Below are positions 1 through 12,867 of a DNA stretch of 64,000 nucleotides, piece by piece; the stretch's first letter is position 1; each line of letters begins with the position of its first letter. The notes beneath the pieces are model-generated. The model was given only the letters and a program-made list of their open reading frames with translations. It was not told where the DNA came from and did no database searches. The position numbers and the translations under genes are program-made. The stretch is from Selaginella moellendorffii (Eukaryota > Plantae > Lycopodiophyta): positions 530,336 to 594,335 of the forward strand of contig NW_003314301.1 of NCBI RefSeq assembly GCF_000143415.4, written 5' to 3'.

Positions 1-684
1 GAGGGGATGGGCATCGTAGTCGACGAGGACGCCGACGGAGCGAGCGCAGAAATAATGAAGATGCTGATTTGTCTAACTCGGCAAGAATGATCTCGAGCAA
101 TTCCAATCCTCAAGGGCATCAATCGCCTACTGCACCGGCGTTGAATGAAGAAAGGGAAAAGAAAACAGGGACCTACTGTCCTCTCTCTGCTGGAGCAGTG
201 GGTGATTGATGCGCTTGAGGATCTCCATTGCTCGAGATTGTTCTTGTCGAGTTATACAAATTGGCATCTTCTTTATTTCTTCATATACATCCTCTTCTTC
301 TTAGATCCTTATTCTGTCGACCCCTTCTGGACGAAGAGTCGTGCCCTAATTGCTAAGGTGTATTCCACAAATATTCCAGGGATCATTGGTTGAGGAAAGC
401 TTAAAGGTATTTTACTCCTTTGTTTTGTTGATTAAATGTTATATTTATCACAAAATAGCATAAGTAATTATGTTGTAATATTAAAACAATTCAAGCTTAG
501 CAATAGTTTGAGAGAATCAAATATATATAAAAAATACCATTTTGTATTTATTATTTGCCTTGTGAAATTTTTATATTAGAATAAAAATAATGGAATAAAA
601 AAATAATACATTGAGATTGTCTATAAATAATAAGTCCTATCCAATAATTTATTAATTTAATTTAAAATTAAATTTAAAATTTTT

Positions 685-1560
685 ATGTTTGTGTACAAGT
701 TTATACTTTATTATTTATTTTTTAAAAATGTATTTTCAATCACCTATGAATGGGGAGATAATGGACCAGGGAAAAACTTAGAGGAGCAAGATATTAATAA
801 TATTATAAATGGATTTCATAGACTTATAAGAGATATTGATTATTATAGATATTATTCTACAACATATCAAGATTTAACTCTAATAGAAACTTCACGAGGA
901 ATTATTTGTGCTAGGATAAAACGATTTGAGCATCAATCGAATACTTGTGGAACAGGTAAGGTAACTAATACAGTGATTAAAGGAATAAACTTGATGCAAC
1001 GCTTAAACCCATTAGTTCAAAATAATCATGAAGCAATGGTTTTAAATCGTGCAAGCTCAGCTAAAATCACATCAATAAATTATCAAATACAATATTCTAT
1101 GGCAGTATGGTGGTCACAACAACCACCGCTATTTATATATAATATAAGAAGTCAAAATTCAAAAGACTGTGATATTGCAAGTAATACACTTGAAAGTGGT
1201 AGTCAACTTTTATACAAGGGAGATTTCTTAATATCTCCAAATGGAAATAATATTTTATTATTAGAATCTGAATGTAATTTAGTATTATATTCAGAAAGAA
1301 ATAAAATTTGGGATACTCCAATAAATATGAATTATAATAATTGTTATTTAAAAGTTCAAAATGATGGTAATCTTGTAATATATTCATATAAAAAAGAGGT
1401 TATATGGGCAAATAATTTTTATTGCCGTTATCAACCAAATTGCCTATTATTTACATATTATACTTTGCAAAATGATTGTAATTTTATTGCTTATAAAGTT
1501 GAATCACCAAATAATATTTGGTGGTCTTCAAAAACAGCAAATCACAAATTATGTAAGTAA
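685..1560 (+). CDS. Secreted protein: unknown N-terminal domain plus C-terminal bulb-type (B/GNA) lectin domain
   Basis: Intronless 291-aa ORF with a hydrophobic N-terminus. The C-terminal ~120 aa carry B-lectin repeats (ECNLVLY, QNDGNLVIY = QxDxNxVxY, QNDCNFIAY) and end in WSSKT. Extremely AT-rich. Confidence 0.75.
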   Translation: MFVYKFILYYLFFKNVFSITYEWGDNGPGKNLEEQDINNIINGFHRLIRDIDYYRYYSTTYQDLTLIETSRGIICARIKRFEHQSNTCGTGKVTNTVIKGINLMQRLNPLVQNNHEAMVLNRASSAKITSINYQIQYSMAVWWSQQPPLFIYNIRSQNSKDCDIASNTLESGSQLLYKGDFLISPNGNNILLLESECNLVLYSERNKIWDTPINMNYNNCYLKVQNDGNLVIYSYKKEVIWANNFYCRYQPNCLLFTYYTLQNDCNFIAYKVESPNNIWWSSKTANHKLCK

Positions 1561-3072
1561 AATTAAAGATATATATGTATGTATATATACATAGATATAA
1601 CTTAGACTGAATTTAAAGAATTTAGCTTATATAAAATATTCTAAGAATATCCGTTTCAAAGATATTTTTATAATATATTAATTGTTATTAATAGATTGGG
1701 ATGTTATTTCTCTTGAGTGGTACATTCATGAGCTTTGTAAAGGCTACACAAAGGAAACAGATTAGTAAACAAATCATGTGAATTAGATGGTGAAAAATAT
1801 GATCTAATGACCATTTTGCAAATCTATTATATTATGGATTTCTTAGAAATCATACTGCTAGAAATCTACTCTCGCAATATCTCACCGTATATGCATTCTT
1901 TGCTTTTTTGGATTTTGACACGTAAGAACCAGTATTCAAGTATTCAAAAATTTAGTACGAATATACTATGATAAAATCTGATTGAGTTATAAACGTTCGT
2001 GAAATGGCGCAAGCGTGAACCTCATGCCAATGCACGATCCAAGCAGTGAGTCTCAATCCTCGAAGAAATTCAACTCCGTTCGGTTTCTTGTGATTGATGA
2101 TAGCTTGCGCGGATGATCCCTCAAATTCTTCCACAAGTTACAATGTGAACCGTCGGCGGCCCTATTCACCATCTCCAATGCCGAGTTTACAATGCTGCTG
2201 GTCGTGGGCGCTACCAGTCGGGTAGCTCATCCAGAAGCTCCAGTTGCAAGGATACAAAGTTAAGGTAATGTCTCTTCTCCTCTCAGCATTTGCCTGTAAT
2301 GGGCAAATGTTTGAGGCATTCTATTTTAACTTAAACTTCTGTGAAAAGGCTTTAGTACGGAATGATGATTCCGAGACTTTAGACCACTCAACCCTTAACA
2401 CTCAACTGCATAAGACGCTATCATGTCTTGGAACCACGTAGTTGAAGTTCCAAGTTCATATAAAAAGAATGTCACTAGCCCAGTCGGTGCAAATCGTTGT
2501 GGGCGATTTGAGATGTTGAAAGCAGCGGTCGAAGGTCACAACAAGATTATCTGCTGGATCATATTTCCTGCTGATCCATACAAAGTTTACAACAAGGGCA
2601 AAATCTATCAACAGCATTCCAGGTTCGTGTAAAGTTGCTTTACCAGAAGTAACTCTTGTGTTCTTTTTTCTTTTTGTTTTTGTGCGTGCTGGGTGGAGCA
2701 GCAAGAGCAAGCTGGTTGTAGTGAAATTCAGCTGGGCAAAAGAGGTGGATTCCTGAGAGATGAGGGGTACTTTTTCTTGTGAGTGTGACCTTTTCGTCTG
2801 GCTTAAACCAAAACTAATCTATTGTTTATTCAAACCTTTATATGGAGTTTAGAAACTTTTTTCAAATGTAAAAGTCATGCATTTTTATTTTCTCGACTTC
2901 ATTTTTACATTATGGCTTCACTAGAATCTTTTTTTTTTTTCTCTCTCTTTAGGAGTGGGACGAATGTTTGTTCTTCATTTATCGTCCATTTTTGCTGATC
3001 GATCGGCATACAAGAGTTTGGTGGTTTGGTTTCTAAGATTGACTACAATGTTGTTGACACTGGTAATCGCAG

Positions 3073-3923
3073 GCGAGAGTTCTGGATCTAGTGCGGGACC
3101 GTCAGTTTCCGCGAGTGGCTCTGGTGTTGAAGCGGCAGCTTCAGTAGGATCTAGTAGTTCGTCAGCCAGCGAGCCGACGCTGGTAGCGTCATCATCAACT
3201 TCGCCAGCTTTAACGGGATCATCACCATCAACACCGGCTTCTGGAGAATCCACACTAGAATCATCGATGCCTGGATCGTCTACTCCAACGCCATCCGCTT
3301 CGACTAGATCAAGCACGCCAGGCCAAACTTCGAGCTCGTCCCCTCAGACTGGATCAAGCTCAGCTCTACCTGGCACTGGAACTGGATATGGCACGAGCTA
3401 CTTGGGTGGAGACGTCGGCTCACCTGCGAGTTCTTATGTCTTTGGCGCTCCCCAAGCTCTCAAACGCCACCAAATCCTTCTCCATCGCCATCGCCAGCAA
3501 ATGCAAATCCTTAGCAAATCCTCTCTCCTCCCCGTCGCAATCTTTAGCAACCAGGAGCTCTTTCGCTGGTTCATCCAGAGGAAGGAGCTGCTGCTGGAAA
3601 CAGGATCAACAACTGGACATCGGTGGGCGAGATGAGGCGGCACTACTTCCCAAACTGCCATAACGAGCCGCTGCCGCGCAGGACTTACAAGACCCCCGAC
3701 GGGTGGATTCGTCATCCCCGACGGCTCCAGGAAGTGGAACTCGATCGACGAGATGCGGCGGCACTACGAGGATTTCTCCATGCCGGCAAAGAGAACGTAC
3801 AAGTCAAAGGCTGGCTGCTTTGTTCTTCCCGACGGCTCTCGCAAGTGGAACTGAATCGACGAGATGAGGAGGCACTACTTCCCAGACGAGGACTTCTCCA
3901 AGCCTCCCAAGCCCTTTGGTTGA
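3073..3923 (+). pseudogene. Ser/Pro/Thr-rich region followed by three degenerate ~37-40 aa repeats (..PDGSRKWNxIDEMRRHY..)
   Basis: GAGATG(A/C)GG(C/A)GGCACTAC recurs at 3629, 3750 and 3861. The repeat frame is broken by a +1 insertion near 3707 and a TGA at 3852. Confidence 0.45.
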
Positions 3924-4429
3924 GTGACAAGTAAGCTTGCGGCTTTGATGATAGCGTGTCTTTGCGTCTGGCTTAAACCAAAACTAATCTGGGAGGCACT
4001 TTGCTCAATGCTCGAGAAGTGCATGGTCATGGAAGATTTCACGAAGGGAGTGATCCTCATCACTATCACTGCACAGACTCGAGTGACATACTGCCAGAAG
4101 CTTGGATTCTTGCTTCATTGTCAAAGGGCGGAATAACCTCTTATGGATCGATTGTGGAAGTTCCAAGTATCACAATGTTGATGTTTCACTTCTTCATTGA
4201 GAGATATCGACGAACATTTTCTTAACTTGTGATTGAATGTAAGAAAATATTGTTATTTTCTATATTGATCATTCTAAAATATATTAAATATAAAACAAAT
4301 TAAAATTTGAATTTTTTAGGGTTTCCTCCAAAATTCACGGCAATTCGATTATTCCGCTAAGGGTAATTTGGCATATTCTGTTAATTATGATTTAAAGTGG
4401 AAGAAAGAAACAAATGTAGGGTTTTTGGG

Positions 4430-5160
4430 ATGGAGCCAGCGAGCGAGAAAATGGAGGGAGGTACCGCCGCGGATCCCATTCCTCCCGTCTCGTCCAAGAA
4501 GACGCCTCTCGGTAAGACGCTCGCGCTGGATTTCGATCATCGCTCACTGATGATGGAGCGATTGAATGGTTGAATCCAGGCACTGGGCCGTGGTATCGCT
4601 ATCGGCATGTCGTCTACACGCTGCTGGCTTTGAATGCCGCGATGGTGTGTAAGTATCGATTTTCGATCCAGATAACGCTAGATCCTACACTCTTTTTCTT
4701 CTCTGCGATTCGCAGCGTATGCGGTGTTTAACCAAGACAAATTCTTTGCGAAGAAGGAGAAGCCTCCCGAGGGAGAAGGACAAGCCAGTGCCAAAGACGA
4801 GGCTTCTTCCGGGGAGAAGGAAAAGAAAGACCCAGTGTTCGTCCCCGCTACTCAATCCAAGGTATGGATGAAGTAATTCTTTGCTTGAGCTCAAAGTTTT
4901 CTTCTTTTTTCTTGCTTTAGATCGATCAACCAAAGGTAGTGCCTGCTCCGGAAGCTAAAGTGGAAGAGAAAAAGATGGAGGCTCCAGTGAAGAAGCCGGA
5001 AGCACCGCACGTATCTCACGACGAGCAAATCGAGCTTTACAAGTGGATGCTGGAAGAGAAGAGGAAGATCAAGCCATCCAGCTCCGCGGAGAAGGCTCGG
5101 ATCGATTTGGAGAAGGGACTTCTCAAGGATTACATCAGGGGCAAGGTACCATCGCTCTAA
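4430..5160 (+). CDS. Uncharacterised plant protein (At1g55160-like) with one hydrophobic segment
   Basis: Four GT-AG exons. The C-terminus EQIELYKWMLEEKRKIKPSSSAEKARIDLEKGLLKDYIRGK matches the remembered family motif. Confidence 0.7.
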
Positions 5161-5274
5161 GCTTCTCACAACTAAAAAGGAATTTTGATACTCTTCGAGT
5201 GAGCTGTGATTCAATTTTTTTGTAGTAAGCTTCACAAGTTTGTGAGACGTAATGAAAGATACTTCGTCTCTTTC

Positions 5275-7488
5275 TTAAGAAGTTCCAGTGTTCATGTGGT
5301 TTAAGCCGAGCTCCTCGTTTTGCTCCCAGGAGCGCTCGTATTCTCGAACTAAACGCATGAAAACGATCGTTTAGAAATCACCAATGACGAAAGAAAAGTT
5401 CACTCACCAGATATTTGATTGTCATCGCTTGAAGAATCCGTACATGGAGCGATGAATGAATTGCCAAGGGAATCATCCAAAACAAGCGTCCATGACTTTT
5501 TCAATTCCAGTAACTAGAGTCGTTAAAACACAGCACATAGTCAGCCAAAAAACCAACAAAAGTATACATGACTTACATCTTGCAATTTGGCATCAAATTC
5601 CATCCACTTTTGTCTTGTGACAATCTCCGCACTGTCTCCGATTTCAAATCCATGGACACTCTTGAGCTCTTGAAGATAATTCAATACGTCAGAAACACTG
5701 CTTGATCGGAGAGTGCTTACTTGCTTTCAGAGATTGTCTTGACTAGTCCTTCGACTGTCGTGACGAGACCGCCAAGTGTTCCGGGCATTAGTTCAAGTTC
5801 CACCTCCGGAATCTCTACTCCCGCTGTGTCTGACTAATCGGAAAAGATTAAAAAAAAAGAAGGTATATCACTACCATAAACATTGCAAGAACTTCTTACT
5901 TTGATCAAGTCTCTTGTCAAGTCTATTTGGTTTTCCACGGCGAGAGATATTTTCTTTCCTTTAGCTGATATGCTTCCACCAGGTTTCACCTAAGTGTAAG
6001 ATGATTTTCACAACAAAGAACCAAAAACAGAAGCTTACTTCGGAGTTTCTAAACCCGCAAGTATCGCAAGATGCTGCCATCACTATTACCTCCTTGAAAT
6101 ATGGTATATCTGGAACAAAGGATGAGTACTACAACGAAGGAAAGAGAAACAAAAAGAATACTTGTCATGTACATGCGTGTTTCACATCGTCCCGCACAAG
6201 CTCCACAAGTGGCTGGAAAAGTCATCACCTGTCAAAGAACCTCTGGTAAAATTCTCAGAAAAGAAAAAACAAAGTACACACCTCCTCAGGAGCCGTGTAC
6301 TTGAAAAGTGCAGCAGAAATCTGCTCGCTATTCCCCTGTGCTATAGCTTGTTGAGCAAGCTTAGCACCAACGGCCCCATGTAACTCCTCGACAACATCTT
6401 CTTCTTGCTTTCCGTCTTCGTTTTCGTGATCTACGGACAAAAACCCGAGCGACTTTTGCTGCTCATGCGTCCTGTCGTAGTGCTCGCGCAACAAAATTGG
6501 ATCCTCTTTAGGTGCATTCCTGTAGTAATGAAAACGAGGAAAAGCAAACTCAGGAAGTAAGCCAAGAAAGAAAAGACAACATACGGGTTTTCAATGAAGC
6601 TATTCCCAGATGGATCTTCCAGTGAAAATGTGAAAGCCTGTTCACCTCTAGCATACGCCCTTAACTTGAGGATAAACGCGTCTATAGAAGCCGCAGTATG
6701 AGGGTCCACTTTCTACAAGACGGAATGATACTTAACGTTTAGCGAAATAAGAGAAACAATCTTTACCCGACGCTCTTCTTGCAATCGTTCCAAATCATCT
6801 CCAGCTTTGAGGAGAACTCCTTCCACCTGTAAGTAGTAATTTTGCGTTTCGATCTTTGTCTTGAAAGTAACGTAAGGCATACTGTAGAAAGAACTCCTCG
6901 CTGGGCTTCCGGTGGCACTTCAAAATCCAACTCTGGGACCTGAGGAAAACAATAAAATAAATAAAAGAACAATCAAATAAGACATGGAATCATACCTTGA
7001 TTGTAGCCGAATCTGACTTCACTACTTGGCGATTCAAGGCCTAGAAAAAAATGTTTGAGTGGGATAACGAATCGGCTTTGTCTCACCTTTAAGTCATGCT
7101 GTGGAACACTTAATGTGAAACGGCAGCCTTGCGGTTGGAGTTGCCCAGCGAATTGTACTTCATTGTTCCTAGCAAAGAAAAAAATAAAACAAAACTTTGG
7201 AGCTACTGAAATCCGAAAGAGAGAACAAAGTTTCTAACCTCTCGTTGCAATGTGGACACTCAAACGCCATGAGAACGATCTAGATAAACCAAAATCATTC
7301 ACGGATTGCATAGTTACTATTCATACCTCTCGAAAATGGGGAATCGTCGTGAGAAGCAGCCGCGTCGTCCCCTGGAACATCAAAATCCCGCAAAATCAGT
7401 ACCAGCGCAAGTCGAAATCTCCAAAATTCGCTACATTCTCTCCGCAGGACATGCACAGGCTCTCCAGCTCGTGCGCGTCCTCCGCCAT
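5275..7488 (-). CDS. ZPR1: Zinc finger protein ZPR1
   Basis: Multi-exon. [47 protein letters not shown], a second C4 finger ([13 protein letters not shown]) and C-terminal [16 protein letters not shown]. Confidence 0.93.
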
Positions 7489-7495
7489 AGCTCAT

Positions 7496-7545
7496 AAACC
7501 CTAAAACTCTAACTCGCGATAAACCCTAAACACCAAGGCCCAACT
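7496..7545. promoter_or_regulatory. Two telo-boxes (AAACCCTAA) plus a site II-like GGCCCA in the ZPR1/SFR2 divergent promoter
   Basis: aaaccctaa at ~7496 and ~7521, ggccca at ~7537. This pairing is typical of plant translation and ribosome-biogenesis genes. Confidence 0.5.
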
Positions 7546-7878
7546 GAGCTAACCACAGCCATCCACGTGGCGTAACCTGGAGGTCGCATAAACTCACATT
7601 TATACTAGCGCTTGGCGTGGCTAGGAGAAAATGGGGATGCCTTGCGCCTGCCTCACGCCTTCTCCAGATTTTACAAGCTCGATCAGCTGGAAGCATCGTG
7701 GGCAGCTTTAAATCTCTCCTGCGAGGTATGTGGAAGGCTTGAATGGATGGATTGATCGATGAAACTTCTAGAACTTTCATCGCGGATGGATCGTTCTTGA
7801 AGAGCAAAAGGGGGAACGAAGCTTTTTCTCTTGGTCACTGAATCACGCTCCAATCCATTCCACTCCAGTCTCGATCGA

Positions 7879-10709
7879 ATGGCTCCGTGGGTTCTTCTCA
7901 TCAATGCCACCAAGATCGTTGGCGCCGCTGGAGTCCTCACCGTGGCTGCAAACACGATTGGCTATCTCCAGTTTCGCAGAAAAAAGCTAGCTCCGTTTGA
8001 GTGCCCAATCGATGAGAGCCAGGAGCTTCTCGCAAGCTTTCCAATCGACAAGCCTGGTAATTTTTCTCTTCGATTGTTTTTAGAAAGAAAAATCGGTACT
8101 TGACAAGAAAAAGAGTGTTTTTTTTTGTTCCAGCTGAAGATGGAGGATTTTTCTTCGCTCTAGCAACAGCCCCAGCTCACGTCGAGGACAACCTCAACGA
8201 TGCATGGCTTGAATTTGCAAGGGAGACTGTTCCCGACAAGCAAGAACAGGAGTTTATCCAAGAACGAGAGATGGACAGAGACGATGCGAGAAAAGATGAG
8301 AACACTTTCCGGCAAGCATCAGACGAGCTGTTGGCGTCAAAGTCCAAATCTGCGACGGCTGGAGAACTCACGGAGTGGGAAGTTGTCGATGAGAAGGAAA
8401 AAGCGGAAAGATCGAAATCTCCCAAGAGTGACCAGATTTCTGAGGAACAGGTGCTGGATTCGAGCTTGATAAGGAAAGAAAGTGCTACTCCTCCGGCTCT
8501 TCTTCGAGCCAAGAGCACCACTGAAGAGCCGCGTTTGCAATTCAATTATCCAAAGAAAGGGAGGAAGCTTGCCAGGGTGGCTATGGAGGCCATGATTCGA
8601 GGCATTGAAAGGTTCGCTGAGGACGAAGAGCCGGAGGATGCCAAGCTTAATGTAGCTGCCTGGCACAACGTTGTTCACCCGTAAGTTTCTATACTTTCTT
8701 TCTTTCTTTGCTCTATCTTGTTGCTGCTAGTTCTAGTTTTTTTCGTTTCTCTTCGTGATCATTCATGGTGACAGTTTGTTCTTTTTTCTTTTTTTGTGAT
8801 CAGTGAAGAACGGGTTCGATTTTGGAGCGATCCAGACACCGAGCTCCAACTCTCGCAAAAAACCAACGTCACTGTGTTTCGCATGGGAGTGGACTGGACG
8901 AGGATAGTTCCTCTGGAGCCAAAGGACATCTCGTTTGAGCAAGCAGTAAGTTCTCACGACAAAGAAAGATCGAAGAAACTAAAATCCGTGTTTTTCAGGT
9001 GAATTGGAGCGCGGTGAAGCGATACAAGCATATAATCGAGCGAGTTCGTGCTCACGGGATGCGAGTCATGCTCACGCTCTTTCACCACTCTCTTCCTCCC
9101 TGGGCTGCGAGCTATGGTGGCTGGAAGGAGGAACGAACTGTCAAGTATTTCCTGGATTTCACGAGGTAAAGATCACAAGGGATTCAAAGTTTCAGAGTTC
9201 TACTGAGAGTTCTTCATTGTTTTCCTAGATTGGTGGTCGAAGAATACGGAGAGATGGTGGATTTCTGGGTGACAATTAACGAGCCGCACGTCTTTGCGAT
9301 GCTGACTTACTGCGCTGGAGCGTGGCCGGGTGGTCATCCGGATCTGTTGGAGACCGCAACCGCGGTGATGCCGAGAGGAGTGTTTAATCGAGTCATGGAT
9401 TTGATGGCCGATGCTCACAACCAAGCTTACGATATCATCCACGAAATAAGGTGCTTGTTTTTCTCATTCTTTGTTCGCCAAGGTTTCTTCTTTTCTTCTT
9501 TTGAGCAGTCGAAGACGATCCCAGACGACTCAAGTTGGGATATCTCATCACGTATCTTTTGTTCGTCCGTACGGTCTTTTCGACGTCTCGGCAGCCGTCA
9601 TTAGCAACTGGAAGACACATTTTCCATACGTTGATGCTGTGTGTAAGAAACTGGATTATCTCGGCCTCAACTATTACGGTCAGGTGATATTCCATCTATT
9701 TTCTCAAACAGAAGTAAAAAAAAAACGTTTTTTTTTTCTTCAGGAGTTCATATCAGCACCAGGATTAAAGCTGGTTGAGAACGAAGAGTATAGCGAGTCA
9801 GCACGAGCGATATATCCGGATGGGCTCTATCGTGTGCTCTTGGCATTTCACGACCGATACAAGAGCTGTGGCTTCCCTTTTATCATCACTGAGAATGGAG
9901 TCTCGGATTGCACAGATTTGATTCGCAGGCCTTACATCATCGAGCATTTGCTGGCCATTCGTGCTGCCATGAACAAGGCAAGCTTCAAAGTTTCATCTTT
10001 TCTCTTTGCAAAAACTTTTGTGACATAACTTTAATCTACAGGGTGTACCAATCCGAGGCTATTGCTTCTGGACCGTCTCGGACAATTGGGAGTGGGCTGA
10101 TGGATATGGTCCGAAGTTTGGATTAGCTGCTGTGGATCGCCGAAACAATCTCGCGAGGTGTCCACGACCCTCGTATTATCTCTTTGCAGAGGTGAAGTTT
10201 TCTTTTCAACTTTTGTTCCTGAGTAAGTTTTCTTGGTTTTGTTCCAGCTCGCAAGAACTGGAAAGGTCACGAGAAAGCAAAGAGCTACCGCTTGGAAGGA
10301 GTTGCAAGACGCAGCTGCTAAAGGTACCAAAAGACCATTCTATCGGGCGGTGGATGCAAATGGTTTGATGTATGCTGGTAAGCGTTGTTCTTTTGTTCCC
10401 TCTCTTCTTCATGGTATAAACTTTGATGATGTTTGATCAGGGGGTCTTGACGTTCCAATCGAGAGACCATTTGTCCAAAGAGATTGGAGGTTTGGCCACT
10501 ATGAAGTGGATGGTTTGCAAGATCCACTCAACAGGGCGCTGAGAGCCGTGTTTCGAGTTCTCTTGTTTAGAAGAAGTAAGCCAGGAACGAAGGCTAGCTT
10601 GGATAGTGACCAAGTCGAACAAGTTGACACCATGAATCAACAAGAAGAAGAAGAAGAAGAAGAAGTTCGTGAGGAAGCTCCACAGGAAGAGGTCCCATTG
10701 ACTGTATAA
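7879..10709 (+). CDS. SFR2: SENSITIVE TO FREEZING 2-like galactolipid galactosyltransferase (GH1 family)
   Basis: FFFALATAPAHVEDNLNDAW, VFRMGVDWTRI, catalytic TINEP and ITENG, DNWEWADGYGPKFGL, DWRFGHYEVDGLQDPL. Multi-exon. Confidence 0.95.
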
Positions 10710-10869
10710 CAAGAAATTAAGAAATTAAATGGAAGGATACAATTAAAATTTATTGTTGCGAAAAAGAAAATTAAATTTATAGTTTTATCTTTGTAAAATT
10801 TAGGGTTTAAGAATGGACCGTCTTTGGTAATTTCTAAGGAGTCAAGGAAAAGCGTTGAACTGGAAGCGA

Positions 10870-12579
10870 TGAGAGGACCATATGTATGGATTTCGGCATA
10901 TCATCGGACCAGCCTACCAGCCTGCTTGCCACTGTGAGATACCTTTCTCAGGAAGGCCACTGCATGATTTTCCTTGATGCTCGAAGGCTCTGCAAGAATC
11001 CGGAAGCAACTGCAAGGATTCCCCGCCATGGCCAAGCCTTTCAACGATTTCTGAATGTGTGGCCTTTCTGATGCGTTCGAAAGTAAGAGTTACGATTGTA
11101 GTAGACGGTGGCAACGTAATTTCAACAAAGAGTGGTGCTGCTGCTTTGCTAGCTGGCATTGTGAATGTCTAAAATGTAGTCTTTTGTGCTTTGCTCTCCG
11201 GTGAATGGAACGAAGTGATCCGCAATCCCAAAACCCATTTCGTTGAGCTTATAACCGAGGGACTTGAGGGCGCAGAGCTCGTGCAATTCTGCAACGTATA
11301 CCGGATCGGAAGAGATACAGTGGACTGGCGTGTCACTGGTACAAATACAAAGCTACTGCTTGTGTACGCACAGGGTGGTGACAAGTTCCAAAAGGAAATT
11401 GCATCTCTCGAGGCTGAGATCACAAGTAGGAGCTGGTACAATAAACGAGAACTTTGGCAAGGGAACTTAACTAAAGCCAAAACAATATTCAGAGCCAGTG
11501 GGAGCGAACAGATATACTGAAACACTTGACGGGAAGCTGGACGGTGGAACGTCTCACTCCACTCTTGGATTCCAGGTGCTTCTACAGGGGCCCAGATGGT
11601 ACGCTTGACTGCATTACCGATGGCTTATGGAGCTTTGCCTATGTGAAGTTGGCAGAACTCATCGAGGAAGCTGAAGTTGACAAGCAGTGCGAGCTTGTTA
11701 GAATCTGGACAGGATCAATTAACGGGGACGACAACGCTAATTCGGATCGGCTGGAATGTGGAAGAAGCTGTGATTCTGGCAGTCAAGCTCTTTGACCTCC
11801 AGATTTCATACCGCATCAACGAGGCGTTCAGCGTGAAGAACCCCGAGGTGCAGAGTTTCGGTGGACCGATGTCGGTGGATGTTCTCAACGCGTGTCGAAA
11901 GCCTTCGCCATGCATGTACCTGCCGAAGCTATTTAGCCACATTGTTTTGGATTTCTACCTTGAGTTCCAGGACATGGTGGTCGCATGGCATGTTTCAGTG
12001 GCAGAGAATGCCGAAGAACGGCACTATCGTACTGTTGAGAATGCGGAAAACCCGTTTGCAGCTGCCGGGACGAAAAAACATATTCTGCTATGGGTGATTC
12101 CATGCGAGTACTCTTCTAAGGAGGTGACTTCGGCAGTGCACCAGGGCCTCACGCACTTCTACGTCAAAATGCCTTTCGCTTCTGTGAGTAGCAAACTGGA
12201 TGTTATTGATTCAACGCTAGCGCGCATCAGGAGAGATAAGCAACGAAAGGTAAGGTTTTAGTGGTGCCTGGATTGCGCAACTAATATGGTTTGGCTGCAG
12301 GACACGGATATATGCTGCAAATGCAAGCAAACTCAAACTCCGGGAGACGTGAACTGGGTGTGCTGCGAAGTTTGCCTACTCTGGTATCACCAGAGATGTG
12401 TCGGCTACGATCCGACGCCAATTGCGAAGAGTCTTGCCGGAGAGACTGAGGTGCTTGAACCGCCTGAGTTCGCATGCCATGAATGTGGGGAGTTCATAGG
12501 GGCCAAGTCCCGTCGTCGGGGAGGTAAAGATCTCTTGAGAGCAAGAGCTGATGCAAGCGAAAACGCAAATTCACTATAA
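10870..12579 (+). pseudogene. Fragmented ORF chain ending in a PHD finger; upstream part tentatively Crinkler-like NTPase + REase
   Basis: Same-strand ORFs broken by stops and frameshifts. After intron 12250-12300 comes a C4HC3 finger (CCKC..WVCCEVCLLWYHQRC..FACHEC). Upstream motifs only resemble CR-NTPase/REase. Confidence 0.5.
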
Positions 12580-12716
12580 GTCTCCAAGCAAGCTCGGGAG
12601 TTTGTATGTGGCAAAAATGCAAAGCAGGAAAACACGGATGGATTGGATCAAACCATGTAACGTGGATATGTCAAAAAAAAAGATGTCCCATATCTTGATC
12701 GTCAGTTGGCAGGAAA

Positions 12717-12867
12717 TCGACAGTAGTACATGGTGATTAATATCTGCAAAGCTAGATTTTATAACATTGGCTTGGCGGTGTTTGATTGGAGTTCGACGGT
12801 AGTACATGGTGATTAATACCTGCAAAGCTAAGCTTTATAACATTGGCTTGGCAGTGTTTGATTGGAG
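12717..12867. repeat. Two-copy 76-bp tandem repeat upstream of sucrose synthase
   Basis: tcgac(a/g)gtagtacatggtgattaata...gtgtttgattggag starts at 12717 and at 12793. Confidence 0.85.

Noticed and set aside
1-120. GC-rich stretch at the window start, possibly the 5' end of a minus-strand gene
   Set aside because: Too short to assign a frame or product.
2244-2632. Short ORFs including NKGKIY (SABATH methyltransferase-like word) and a 26-bp match between ~2795 and ~3965
   Set aside because: A single short motif with no supporting context; probably a decayed duplicate that I cannot identify.
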